A DNA stretch of 63,925 nt, counting the filler, from Octopus bimaculoides (Eukaryota), in assembly GCF_001194135.2 (NCBI RefSeq). It is 6 parts of 5 records of this genome, joined end to end, with 100 filler letters (N's around TTAATTAATTAA, not from the genome) between each part and the next. Parts side by side here need not be neighbours in the genome. Positions count along the whole stretch, not along the records: positions 19,289 to 30,473 come from NC_069009.1; positions 30,574 to 43,434 come from NC_069001.1; 4 more parts are not named here. One strand, given 5' to 3'. Positions 26,523 through 39,314 of the stretch are shown here, piece after piece (position 1 is the first letter of the stretch; each line of letters starts with the position of its first letter). The translations under genes were made by a program, and so were the position numbers. The notes beneath the pieces were generated by a model. The model worked only from the letters and a program-made list of their open reading frames with translations. It was not told where the DNA came from and made no database searches.

Positions 26523-28206
26523 TTATGTTCTGTGCTTAAACTCTGCCAAAGTCAGCTTTACCTATCATCCTTTCAGGGTTGATAAAATAAGTACCAGCTG
26601 CGTACTGGAGTCGATGTAGTTGACCTATCCCCTCCCCCGAAATTGCTGGCCTTGTGCAAAAATGTGAAACCAATATTTTCTTTATTATTGCCAGCAGTAG
26701 TAGTAGTAGTAGTAGGGAATGTTGTTTACTTGCACCAGGTCATAGTGACGTGTTGAGACTGATATGAAGTCATAGATGGTGGCNNNNNNNNNNTGTATAT
26801 ATATATATATATATATACATACACATGTATATTTAAATACATGCTTTCAAATACACACACACACATATACATATACATATATGTATGTATGCACACACAC
26901 AAACATAATTAAATATACTTAAATAAATGTGCACACGCACACATAATTGGATGCATGTGCTTATGTGCATATGCACAATACATACACACACGTGCATGCA
27001 TATGAGTGCAGGTCTGCATTTCATGTATGCCTGACTAATGGTGAGGTTAGGTTGTGGGTTGTGGGTTGCAACGATGTCGGACGGGTGAGGGGGGGGGATG
27101 GTCATGGCGGGAACAGCGAGCTGAAAGACAACGTAATCGCTGAGTCGTACAGACCGGAAGTGTGGTTGGTAATTTCCGTTGGTGTCCGACATTTTTTCCA
27201 TGTAAACAACTGCTTTTGATGCTGGACTACTCCTCCCACTACTCCCACTCATTCCTCCTCCTCCTCCTCTTTTGTATTGATGTTCATGTTGTTGGTGTTG
27301 ATGTTGTCATTACTGATGTTGTTATTGAAAGAGAAAGAGAGAGAGAGTAAGATTAACTGGTCTATTTGTTATGAGTTCAAATCCCCTGCCTAGAAAGAAT
27401 TTCTTTCACTCTCTGAAGGGACGATAACAAATTATGGGGTCTCTAGGCACAGGTGTGGCTGTGAGGTCAAGAAGCTTGCTTTATAACCATGTGGTTCTGG
27501 GTTCAGTCCCACTGCATGACACTTTGGTCAAGTCTCTACAACTAAAGCCCCTGTCTGACTAACGCCTTGTGAGTGAATTCATTAAATGGAAACTGCGTAG
27601 AAGTCCATCATGTATCTCTCTCCATATATATATATATATATATATATANNNNNNNNNNNNNNNNNNNNNNNNNNNNNNNNNNNNNNNNNNNNNNNNNNNN
27701 NNNNNNNNNNNNNNNNNNNNNNNNNNNNNNNNNNNNNNNNNNNNNNNNNNNNNNNNNNNNNNNNNNNNNNNNNNNNNNNNNNNNNNNNNNNNNNNNNNNN
27801 NNNNNNNNNNNNNNNNNNNNNNNNNNNNNNNNNNNNNNNNNNNNNNNNNNNNNNNNNNNNNNNNNNNNNNNNNNNNNNNNNNNNNNNNNNNNNNNNNNNN
27901 NNNNNNNNNNNNNNNNNNNNNNNNNNNNNNNNNNNNNNNNNNNNNNNNNNNNNNNNNNNNNNNNNNNNNNNNNNNNNNNNNNNNNNNNNNNNNNNNNNNN
28001 NNNNNNNNNNNNNNNNNNNNNNNNNNNNNNNNNNNNNNNNNNNNNNNNNNNNNNNNNNNNNNNNNNNNNNNNNNNNNNNNNNNNNNNNNNNNNNNNNNNN
28101 NNNNNNNNNNNNNNNNNNNNNNNNNNNNNNNNNNNNNNNNNNNNNNNNNNNNNNNNNNNNNNNNNNNNNNNNNNNNNNNNNNNNNNGTGCTTTTACGTGT
28201 CACCCG

Positions 28207-28298
<92 letters not shown>

Positions 28299-28479
28299 GA
28301 TGTGTATATATATACACACACACACACATGCATAATATATATATATATGATTGCATGTAGTGAGAGCTAGCAGTGACTGCAATGAGGCAATGTGCTGAGT
28401 GATATCATTGTGTTTACTTCAGAAGATGTGAAATTTGTGTTTTTATGATCACATGTATGTTGTAGTCTGCAAGTTAATT

Positions 28480-29110
28480 ATGGAGAAGATCAAAGAGCCA
28501 ACGTGAAATTTTGTGGTAAACTTGGGAAGTCTGCTCCAGAGACATTGAGCATGCTTTGGCAAACTTACGGTGATGAGGTAATGGGTTTTATACAAAGTTT
28601 TGAGTGGCATGGCTGCTTCAAAATGCACAACAGGACTCAATGAAGAGCACGCTCGTTATTTATTTATTTTTTTTTTTACATCTGTGGTATTTTGCAAGGC
28701 CAGAAAGTCAATCAAGATTTCTACTGCAATGTTTTGCAGTATTTGAGGCAGGACATTCAGTGAAAGAAACCGGATCCGTGAAGCATGAAGAATTGGATTC
28801 TTCATGACAACAATGCACCCTGTCACCAAGCTCTCCTTACTTGTGAGTTTCTCACCAAAAACAACATGGTATCGCTTCGGCACCCACCCTATTCACCAGA
28901 TTTAGCACCTGCAAACTTCCGTCTTTTCCCCCAAGGTGAAAATGCAGCTCAAACGTCATTGTTTTAACACCTTTGTTGAGAAGATGCCCGACTTGCTCAC
29001 ATAAAATGACTTCCAGGCTGGATTCCATAAGTGGCAAGAATGATAGGAAGTGGTGCAATGCTGTGCAAGGTGACTGTTTTGAAGAAGATGTTAAGACTTA
29101 TACAAAAAAG
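28480..29110 (+). mobile_element. Mariner transposase remnant with internal deletion
   Basis: QRANVKF..KLGKSAPETLSML.Q.YGDE, then WILHDNNAPCH...HPPYSPDLAP (YSPDLAP motif). Confidence 0.9.
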
Positions 29111-29167
29111 TATTTTTTTTATTAAACATAACTAGTCCAAGACTCTTTTCATGCCACCTCTTACATT

Positions 29168-29700
29168 CTTTTACTTGTTTCAGTCATTTGACTGCGGCCA
29201 TGCTGGAGCACCGCCTTTAGTCGAATCAAATCGACCCCAGGACTTATTCTTTGTAAGTCTAGCACTTATTCTATCGGTCTCTTTTTGCCGAACCGCTAAG
29301 TTACGGGGACCTAAACACACCAGCATTGGTTGTCAAGCGATGTTGGGGGGACAAACACAGATACACAACATATATACACATACATATATATATATAGATA
29401 TATATATATATATATATCTGGAGCCTGGTGTTGCCATCCGGTTTCACCAGTCTTCAGTCAAATCGTCCAACCCATGCTAGCATGGAAAGCGGACGTTAAA
29501 CGATGATGATGATGATGATGATATATATATACATATATACATATATACGACGGGCTTCTTTCAGTTTCTGTCTACCAAATCCACTCACAAGGCTTTGGTC
29601 CACCCGAGGCTATAGTAGAAGACACTTGCCCAAGGTGCCACGCAGTGGGACTGAACCCAGAACCATGTGGTTGGTAAGCAAGCTACTTACCACACAGCCA
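29168..29700 (-). mobile_element. CORE-type SINE copy with a nested insertion at 29418-29522
   Basis: Reverse complement of the 19975-20525 family, interrupted in its TA tract by the 3' end of another SINE family. Confidence 0.85.
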
Positions 29701-30027
29701 TGCCAAAGATATCAACTTAACATCCCAAAACAACAACAACCACAACAACCCCAAAATCACTATCTCCACCACCACCGCTACCACTGGCGTCACCAACATC
29801 AACAACTACTACAAAAAATTTGTCCCTTGTTGATAATAAAAGACTGAAAATCCTCACCGAATTCTAGCAATTCCACTGCATAAGACAGAAATAGGCAACT
29901 ATTTGCAGTATTTCTTCGTTATTAGAGTGTGCATATGTGTGTATATATGCGTGTATGTATGTGTATGTATAATATATGCATGTGTGAATATTTATATATA
30001 TATGCACACACATTTATATACATTTAT

Positions 30028-30071
<44 letters not shown>

Positions 30072-30361
30072 GTACATATAACTGTATATATATCTATCTA
30101 TCTGTGTGTGTGTATATATATATTCTGCATATCTGTTTTTGCCATTCTTGAAATTCTAATACACTACAACCATTTCGTGTCTACTTTACACTTGGAAAGT
30201 ATTTCATTTTTTTTTTTTTTTAAACAAATGTGCGCAAGAAGCATGTTTATGTATTTGTGTGTATACACACACTCACACATACACACACATAGATAATATA
30301 TACATATATCTATCTATATATATATAGAGAGAGAGAGAGTGAGGGAGAGAGAGTTGTATCA

Positions 30362-30403
<42 letters not shown>

Positions 30404-30573
30404 CATTGCTTGAATATGCATATTAATGTTTGTTGTTTGGTGAAGTTATATATAAAAATGTTTCTGTACACACNNNNNNNNNNNNNNNNNNNNNNNNNNN
30501 NNNNNNNNNNNNNNNNNTTAATTAATTAANNNNNNNNNNNNNNNNNNNNNNNNNNNNNNNNNNNNNNNNNNNN

Positions 30574-30622
<49 letters not shown>

Positions 30623-31592
30623 AGTGTGCTGTGGATATGCATACATGGAAATGTGCACAAATGTATGTGTATATTATATGTGCATGTATGTGTACGTGTG
30701 AGACTATGTGAAAATAGCTGCAAACATTTGCATGTAGTTATAAACTGGCTGGTATTTAGCAAATTTTTGGGAAGATTGCAACAGGGAAGGAGGGGGTACA
30801 TTAGCAGACTATCCTATGAAAGTAGACAGCGCAAGAGAGACATTAGATAGCTGACCTATAGAGGTAGACAGTATAGAAGACATTAGCTGTGTATCTATAT
30901 TAATTATATAGGGAGACAGCATCAGAAATTGTAGCTGGCTGTCTTATAACAGGTGACGGACTGTGAGGAGTGGAGGATGTAGACAGACCATGTGGATGAC
31001 AGTAGCTAGGTGTCCTTGGAAGATAGAGAGTATGGGAGACAGGTGGTAGTTAATCTATGTGAGGAGACAAGAGAGGAGTAGACAAATTATATGGATGAGA
31101 ATGGCTGGTTGGCTGGTTGGCCTTGGAAAGCAGGGAGTATGGGAAACAGTTGCTAGGTAACCCGTGAAAGGTAGACAGTATAAAAGACAGTATCTAGCAA
31201 GCAAAGAACTATATGGGAGACAGAAACAAGTCATCCTGTGAAAGAAGACAGTACAAGTGAACACTAGTTGGTTGACAAATATATGTAACAAGTACGGAAG
31301 ACACTAAAAAGTATGGAAGACAGTAAATGCAAATGTAGCTTGTCATCCGATGACTTTACTGCAGGTTGTTCTGTGCTTTCAAAGAGCAATGGATTGAAAA
31401 AATCCCTTACTTAAAAGAAACAAAAAAACAGGTAAGGGTTAGCAGCAGGGAGAGCATCCATCCATGAAATCCTGCTTCATTTAAGTTCCTAATCCAATCC
31501 ATACTAGCTTTAAAAAAACAGATGTTAAATGAAGCGAATTTGGAAAAAGTATGCGTGCATATGCTTACACAAATCATTATATATATATATAT

Positions 31593-31623
<31 letters not shown>

Positions 31624-33409
31624 ACATATATATATGTACACACATATATATATACACACACACATATATATATACACACACACTCACACACACAAACAGA
31701 ATGTGTATGCATATGCAAAAAATATATACATGAACACAGAAAAATATACATACATATACAAAAAGTATATATATATATACACTCATAAAAATTATATATT
31801 TTCCTTACTGGGAAATAATTACAGCAACACACAACACACACACAAAAAGTAAGTATACACTAGAAGTATATATATATATATGTGTATATACTAAAAATAT
31901 ATAGACTAACATCTTAAGTATGTGTGCACATGCGTGTGTGTGTGTGTACGTGTGCCTGTGTGTGTTTTACAACATAGAAAAACAGAATTAATGTAGTTTT
32001 ATTTAGAGGGAGTTTCAGAGAAGAACTACCAAAAGTAGAGTTTAGGACATAAAAAAAAAACCTTTACATCTCCAAATGCCAGAACATTCTAAAATTTTAT
32101 CTGATCTTTCCATCAGCTGGAATTTTAAGAAAATGCAAGAACTAAAATTCTAAGATAAGATGAAGATTTTTTTTTAAATATTTGGTTTTTTTTCTTTTGC
32201 ACTTTTTTGGCTTTTAGTAAGAAAAAAAACTTCATCGGTTTTTATTCTCTTTTCTTTCCCTCCTTTTTTTTTTTTGCATATCTTAAACAGAAAGTACTGC
32301 ATGAAAAATATGTTATTAACCCTTTTCTAGTACCAACCTGCCTGAGACCCTGGTTCNNNNNNNNNNNNNNNNNNNNNNNNNNNNNNNNNNNNNNNNNNNN
32401 NNNNNNNNNNNNNNNNNNNNNNNNNNNNNNNNNNNNNNNNNNNNNNNNNNNNNNNNNNNNNNNNNNNNNNNNNNNNNNNNNNNNNNNNNNNNNNNNNNNN
32501 NNNNNNNNNNNNNNNNNNNNNNNNNNNNNNNNNNNNNNNNNNNNNNNNNNNNNNNNNNNNNNNNNNNNNNNNNNNNNNNNNNNNNNNNNNNNNNNNNNNN
32601 NNNNNNNNNNNNNNNNNNNNNNNNNNNNNNNNNNNNNNNNNNNNNNTATATATATATATGTATGTGTATGTATGTATCATATATATACATATATATATAA
32701 ACACATGTACCACACACAGATCGGTTGATAGTAATGTGCTCTAATTGACTAATTGACTAATTGCAATAATTGATGGTTGTTGCTGGTGTTCTAGGTGTTG
32801 CTGCTGCTGCTGCTGCTGCTGCTAGCGTTGCTGCTACTGGTGCTGCTGCCACTGATACTTCTGGATACAGCTGCTGTTGTGATGGTGGTTGCTGCTTTGT
32901 CCAGAAGCAAAAATTTCACACTCTAGTTGTGTTAACAATTTTTGCTACACTTCCATTTCATGCAAATATTCCTAGCAATACCTTCCCCAAACACACACAC
33001 ACTCTCTCTCTTTCTCTCTTTCTTTGTGGTTTGGTTATATTTCATTTGTCTTTGGAATAGATCCATATTTACACACACACACAGACACATGTATAGATGC
33101 ACACAGACACATATGAAACTGGATAGAGCCTCATGTGTGTGAGTGTAGCTGAGGTATACACACACATATTCTCATGGTATGAATAGAATGTATGGCATGA
33201 AATGAGAGTGGCAAACAATTTGAGAAGCATAAAATTGCACTCACACACACACACACACACACAAACATGGTATGAGTGATATTGGTAAGTGTATAGTGGA
33301 GTCAGACAAACGGTTGGAGAAGCAGAAAAATGAAACGCACAAAAACCTATGTGTAGATGCAGGTAAGGAGTGTGTAGAATAATTGCTTAGAGAAATAAAA
33401 AGCAAGGGA

Positions 33410-34200
33410 AGAGAGAGGGAGAGAGAGAGAGAGAGAGAGAGACAGAGAAGGAGAGAAAGACAGAGAAGGAGAGAGAGACAGAGAAGGAGAGAGAGAGACA
33501 GAGGAGAGAGAGAGAGAGAGAGAGACAGAGAAGGAGAGAGAGAGACAGAGAAGGAGAGAGAGAGACAGAGAAGGAGAGAGAGACAGAGAAGGAGAGAGAG
33601 ACAGAGGAGACAGAGAAGGAGAGAGACAGAGAAGGAGAGAGACAGAGAAGGAGAGAGACAGAGAAGGAGAGAGACAGAGAAGGAGAGAGACAGAGAAGGA
33701 GAGAGACAGAGAAGGAGAGAGACAGAGAAGGAGAGAGACAGAGAAGGAGAGAGACAGAGAAGGAGAGAGACAGAGAAGGAGAGAGACAGAGAAGGAGAGA
33801 GACAGAGAAGGAGAGAGACAGAGGAGAGAGACAGAGACAGACAGAGAAGGAGAGACAGACAGAGAAGGAGAGAGAGAGAGAGACAGAGAAGGAGAGAGAG
33901 AGACAGACAGAGAAGGAGAGAGAGAGAGAGACAGAGAAGGAGAGAGAGAGACAGAGAAGGAGAGAGAGAGACAGAAGGAGAGAGAAAGAGAGAGACAGAC
34001 AGAGAAGGAGAGAGAGACAGAGAAGGAGAGAGAGACAGAGAAGGAGAGAGAGACAGAGAAGGAGAGAGAGACAGAGAAGGAGAGAGAGACAGAGAAGGAG
34101 AGAGAGACAGAGAAGGAGAGAGAGAGAGAGACAGACAGACAGAGAAGGAGAGAGACAAGGGAGACAGGGGAAAGAGAGACAGACAGACAGAAGGGAGAGC
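33410..34200. repeat. Purine-only-strand satellite, unit GACAGAGAAGGAGAGA with variable GA count
   Basis: ~45 tandem units; almost no T on the + strand. Confidence 0.95.
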
Positions 34201-34624
34201 AGTAAAAGAGAGACATATGCTAAACATTGTGTCCCTTGGTTTTACAAAGTGTGCAAGATGGTGGCCATATGTTAGCAACAGGAAGAAAAAAAGGGAGCAA
34301 AAAATTAAAAGGACGGGGGGTGTTGTGAAAAGCAGGGTGGAGTAGACAGAGATATGTTACCTCCATTACATCCAGCCCACAAGTGCAGCAGAATTGGCAT
34401 GGCTAAATAGACCAGCTCTAAGGTACAACTGTAGGTTGGTGGAGAAAAACTGAAAGAAAGCATTTGTGATTGGTAGATCAAGTAACCTTGTGATCATACT
34501 GTAAATTGACCGTCTGTGGTTACCACTCACTATTTCCAATTTTGTGGAGATAGGGAGGGTCTTCCTTGATATAAACAGATTGGCTACTTGTTTCTCTGAG
34601 ATTGGTCAAGTAAGTGATGTAGAC

Positions 34625-34901
34625 CAGGGGTTTTCAAACTTTTTGACTTGCGGACCCCTTTATATTTCAGGCTTTACCTTAGGGACCCCGTTATAAATGC
34701 TTATGAAATTTATACATAAATATTTGCTTAAAATAACATATATTTTTACATTTATTTATTTAACAGTATTTAACAAAATAGGTTTATTGTCAATTAAAAG
34801 ATTTTGATTAAAAAAACATATATAAAATCAAATTGCCCATAAAGAGTATTTGCTGTCCACGGACCCCCTGTGGTCCGCGGACCACAGTTTGAAAACCCCT
34901 G
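34625..34901. mobile_element. hAT (Buster/Charlie-type) MITE, copy 1
   Basis: 16-bp perfect TIRs CAGGGGTTTTCAAACT; flanks ATGTAGAC (left) and CTCTAGAG (right). Confidence 0.9.
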
Positions 34902-35037
34902 CTCTAGAGTGTCTTTAATCATAAGTCAGCTCACAATAACAGCAGCAGCAACATGGGAACCAGTGATAGACTGCTCTATGTGGTAGCTCCATCTGCTGGA
35001 AATAGTAGCCAATTCTCCCTCAAGTAACACTCTAGAG

Positions 35038-35337
35038 CAGGGGTTTTCAAACTTTTTGACTTGCGGACCCCTTTATATTTCAGGCTTTACCTTCGGGACC
35101 CCGTTATAAATGCTTATGAAATTTATACATAAATATTTGCTTAAAATAACATATATTTTTACATTTGTTTATTTAACAGTATTTAACAAAATAGGTTTAT
35201 TGTCAATTAAAAGATTTCGATTAAAAAAAACATATATAAAATCAAATTGCCCATGAAAAGTATTTGCTGTCCACGGATCACTTGTCTTGTCCTTGCGGAC
35301 CCCCTGTGGTCCGCGGACCACAGTTTGAAAACCCCTG
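35038..35337. mobile_element. hAT MITE, copy 2 (same orientation, 23 bp longer)
   Basis: Same TIRs; flanks CTCTAGAG (left) and ATGTAGAC (right). Confidence 0.9.
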
Positions 35338-35515
35338 ATGTAGACAACTCTGATAAAACCTCAATAAGTTAAGTCTGTTCAACACTTTTTTCTAACTCCG
35401 GAGAAATAGCCAAATTCGCCTGGTCTGTATGTCACCTGCACAGGTACACTTATATCATACCTTGATACTGTGTAGACTGAGATCCTCTTAGACAGGTGTC
35501 TGATATTACTTAGAG

Positions 35516-35871
35516 CAATGGTTCTCAACCGGGGTCCAACCGGGGTCCATACGGCCCCTGAAGGTCCATATAAGAATGTTGGGGTCCACACAACATAATT
35601 GTAAACTGGGGACCCACAAAAGTATTTTAGGGACCTCTGAAAAATTTTTGCTTTAGATGTATTGATATGTATTGCAAGAAACAGCTGGGTTTCTTTCTCT
35701 AACATTTTACATAATTCAACCTACACAAGCTGAAGTGTGAAAAACAAAATAGGAATTTCGGAAGAAGTTTCTATAAAACTAGTTTTTAAACATTGAGTGG
35801 ATATGAGGGTCCGCCAGAATAAAAGCGTAATCAAAGGGGTTCATTGGTAAAAAAGTGGCCGAGAACCCCTG
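35516..35871. mobile_element. hAT MITE (second family)
   Basis: Ends CAATGGTTCTCAACC / CCGAGAACCCCTG; 8-bp TSD ACTTAGAG / AGTTAGAG (1 mismatch). Confidence 0.75.
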
Positions 35872-37319
35872 AGTTAGAGTGTAAAATACAAAAGTATGCA
35901 AATTAGTAATACTAGTTCTCTGAAGCTACTAGATTCAAAACTGGTTACTTATCTCTCTGGGATTCAAGTGATGTGGTCATCTCTGATGAACCCTAACAAG
36001 GATCAAAAATCAATTAAGGTTACTCTTTTACTTGTTTGTCATCTGACTACGGCCATGCTGGAGCACCGCCTTTAGTCGAGCAAATCGACCCCAGGACTTA
36101 TTCTTTTGTAAGCCTAGTACTTATTCTATCGGTCTCTTTTCGCCAAACCGCTAAGTTACGGGGACGTAAACACACCAGCATCGGTTGTCAAGCGATGTTG
36201 GGAGGGACAAACACAGACACACAAACACATACATATATATATATACATATATATATACATATATACGATGGGCTTCTTTCAGCTTCCATCTACCAAATCT
36301 ACTCACAAGGCTTTGGTCGGCCCGAGGCTATAGTAGNNNNNNNNNNNNNNNNNNNNNNNNNNNNNNNNNNNNNNNNNNNNNNNNNNNNNNNNNNNNNNNN
36401 NNNNNNNNNNNNNNNNNNNNNNNNNNNNNNNNNNNNNNNNNNNNNNNNNNNNNNNNNNNNNNNNNNNNNNNNNNNNNNNNNNNNNNNNNNNNNNNNNNNN
36501 NNNNNNNNNNNNNNNNNNNNNNNNNNNNNNNNNNNNNNNNNNNNNNNNNNNNNNNNNNNNNNNNNNNNNNNNNNNNNNNNNNNNNNNNNNNNNNNNNNNN
36601 NNNNNNNNNNNNNNNNNNNNNNNNNNNNNNNNNNNNNNNNNNNNNNNNNNNNNNNNNNNNNNNNNNNNNNNNNNNNNNNNNNNNNNNNNNNNNNNNNNNN
36701 NNNNNNNNNNNNNNNNNNNNNNNNNNNNNNNNNNNNNNNNNNNNNNNNNNNNNNNNNNNNNNNNNNNNNNNNNNNNNNNNNNNNNNNNNNNNNNNNNNNN
36801 NNNNNNNNNNNNNNNNNNNNNNNNNNNNNNNNNNNNNNNNNNNNNNNNNNNNNNNNNNNNNNNNNNNNNNNNNNNNNNNNNNNNNNNNNNNNNNNNNNNN
36901 NNNNNNNNNNNNNNNNNNNNNNNNNNNNNNNNNNNNNNNNNNNNNNNNNNNNNNNNNNNNNNNNNNNNNNNNNNNNNNNNNNNNNNNNNNNNNNNNNNNN
37001 NNNNNNNNNNNNNNNNNNNNNNNNNNNNNNNNNNNNNNNNNNNNNNNNNNNNNNNNNNNNNNNNNNNNNNNNNNNNNNNNNNNNNNNNNNNNNNNNNNNN
37101 NNNNNNNNNNNNNNNNNNNNNNNNNNNNNNNNNNNNNNNNNNNNNNNNNNNNNNNNNNNNNNNNNNNNNNNNNNNNNNNNNNNNNNNNNNNNNNNNNNNN
37201 NNNNNNNNNNNNNNNNNNNNNNNNNNNNNNNNNNNNNNNNNNNNNNNNNNNNNNNNNNNNNNNNNNNNNNNNNNNNNNNNNNNNNNNNNNNNNNNNNNNN
37301 NNNNNNNNNNNNNNNNNNN

Positions 37320-37654
37320 ATCAACGGAACAGCTTGCTCGTGAAATTAACGTGCAAGTGGCTGAGCACTCCACAGACACGTGTGCCCTTAACGTAGTTCT
37401 CGGGGATATTCAGCATGACACAGTGTGACAAGGCTGACCCTTTGAATTACAGGTACAACAGAAACAGGAAGTAAGAGTGAGAGAAAGTTGTGGTAAAAGA
37501 GTACAGCAGGGTTCGCCACCATCCCCTGCCGGAGCCTCATGGAGCTTTAGGTGTTTTCGCTCAATAAACATTCACAATGCCCAGTCTGGGAATTGAAACC
37601 GCGATCCTATGACCGCGAGTCCGCTACCCTAACCACTGGGCCATTGCGCCTCCA
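37320..37654 (-). mobile_element. tRNA-derived SINE (different family)
   Basis: Minus-strand head GGAGGCGCAATGGCCCAGTGGTTAGGG...GGTTTCAATTCC; 3' end truncated by a gap. Confidence 0.75.
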
Positions 37655-38999
37655 TCATCACTTCAAAGCACAACAGCATTTACTTGGTACAACCATCACA
37701 ACCATTTTGGTCACATCAAATGCTAGGTTCATCTAGACCAACCTCTCTTTATCACACCTGTACATTTTGGCTCTGAAGCCATTACTGCATTAAGTAGAGG
37801 TGCTGAGAGGCATCCCACTTGAAAGGTGAGCTGGCAGAACCGTTAGTGCATCAAAGAAAAATGTGTAACAGCATTTCAAATACCACCAAGGCTAACTTTG
37901 CTTGTCATCCTAGCAAGGTTGATAAATTTAAGTCAAGTACGGAGGTTGGTGTAAACAACAAAACCCCTCCCCCTAAAATTACTGGCCTTGTATCAAAATT
38001 AGAAAACAATTATTGTTGCGAGCTGGCAGAAACGTTAGCACGCCAGGCGAAATGTTAGCACGCCAGGGTCGATGTAATCGACTTAATCCCTTTGTTTGTC
38101 CCCTCTATGTTTAGCCCCCTGTGGGAAATAAAGAAATAAATTATTATTATTATCATTACTGTAATTATTGTAATTATCATCATCATCACCATTATCATCA
38201 TCTTCACCATTATCATCATCATAATTTTTACTGCAGTTTTATTGCCAGTAACCATAATTATCATGCTTATCATAAGTTTTTTTTTTTAATTCTTGGCTTT
38301 ATTTATTTATTTTTATTACATTTTCTTCTTCTATTTCCACAAAGACGACCCCCTCCCACCCTCCAGGTTGCCACTCTTCAGACCAACTAAACTTCTTAGC
38401 CATCTGCTTGGCACCAAAAACATTTTTCTGATACTGGCCTCCATTCTTTGATTCTTGCTTGCACTTTCCACAGAATTTAGCGTTTTGGGCACAAGGCCAA
38501 ATTTTTATACTCTCTCAGTGGCTTCAGCCATTGGACTGTGTCCATGCTGGAGCACTGCCTTCAAGGATGTTTAGTCGGTCATACTGACCCCAAGTGCCTA
38601 TGCACTTACTTCACAATGGAATTTATTTTACCTGCTTCTATTTACTGATGATGATGATGATGGTAGTGATGATGATGATTTACAAACTGACTAAGTTTTA
38701 CCTCTAAGGAGTAAAGGGATGCAATGTAAAGCACCATTTTACATTGGTACACACATACACAGTAGCCTTGGCTTGACTAATACTCTGCTAAAAATAGCAA
38801 CGAAAATATCCCTCAAATCCTACTATGTTACATTTAATATGGTAGGGCTCATTAGGCAATGTAGTCATGAGGTAGGATGGCCACAGTTGGATACCTCTTT
38901 GATCATAGGTTTGTGGATTGGGACTGACCTTGGGCTACAACTTCTTCAATATGTATACACATATCACATTATGTATACATACACACACATCAGATTATA

Positions 39000-39276
39000 G
39001 ATTAAGTCACATCATACACAACAGACCCTACCACCACCCCTTTGCCAGAATTACTCAAGTACATCCACACAGATGCACACATACACACAATACATAAATC
39101 CACACAAACATACAAATACAATGCTTCGAGCACACACACACACACATCACCCATACATACATGAGCAACACACCTGATATCAAATCACATCCAATCTCAC
39201 ACACACACATGCTATAGAAACAAACATACATACACATACAGACATGCACAAACTATAAAAACAGAAATACAACACT

Positions 39277-39314
<38 letters not shown>

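Noticed and set aside
33241-34345. 289-345 aa ORFs (LSLS/RERE repeats)
   Set aside because: A stop-free GA satellite, not a gene.
38340-38500. Stop-free minus-strand patch (KNVFGAKQMAKK) faintly like an RTE linker
   Set aside because: Too short and divergent to support a call.
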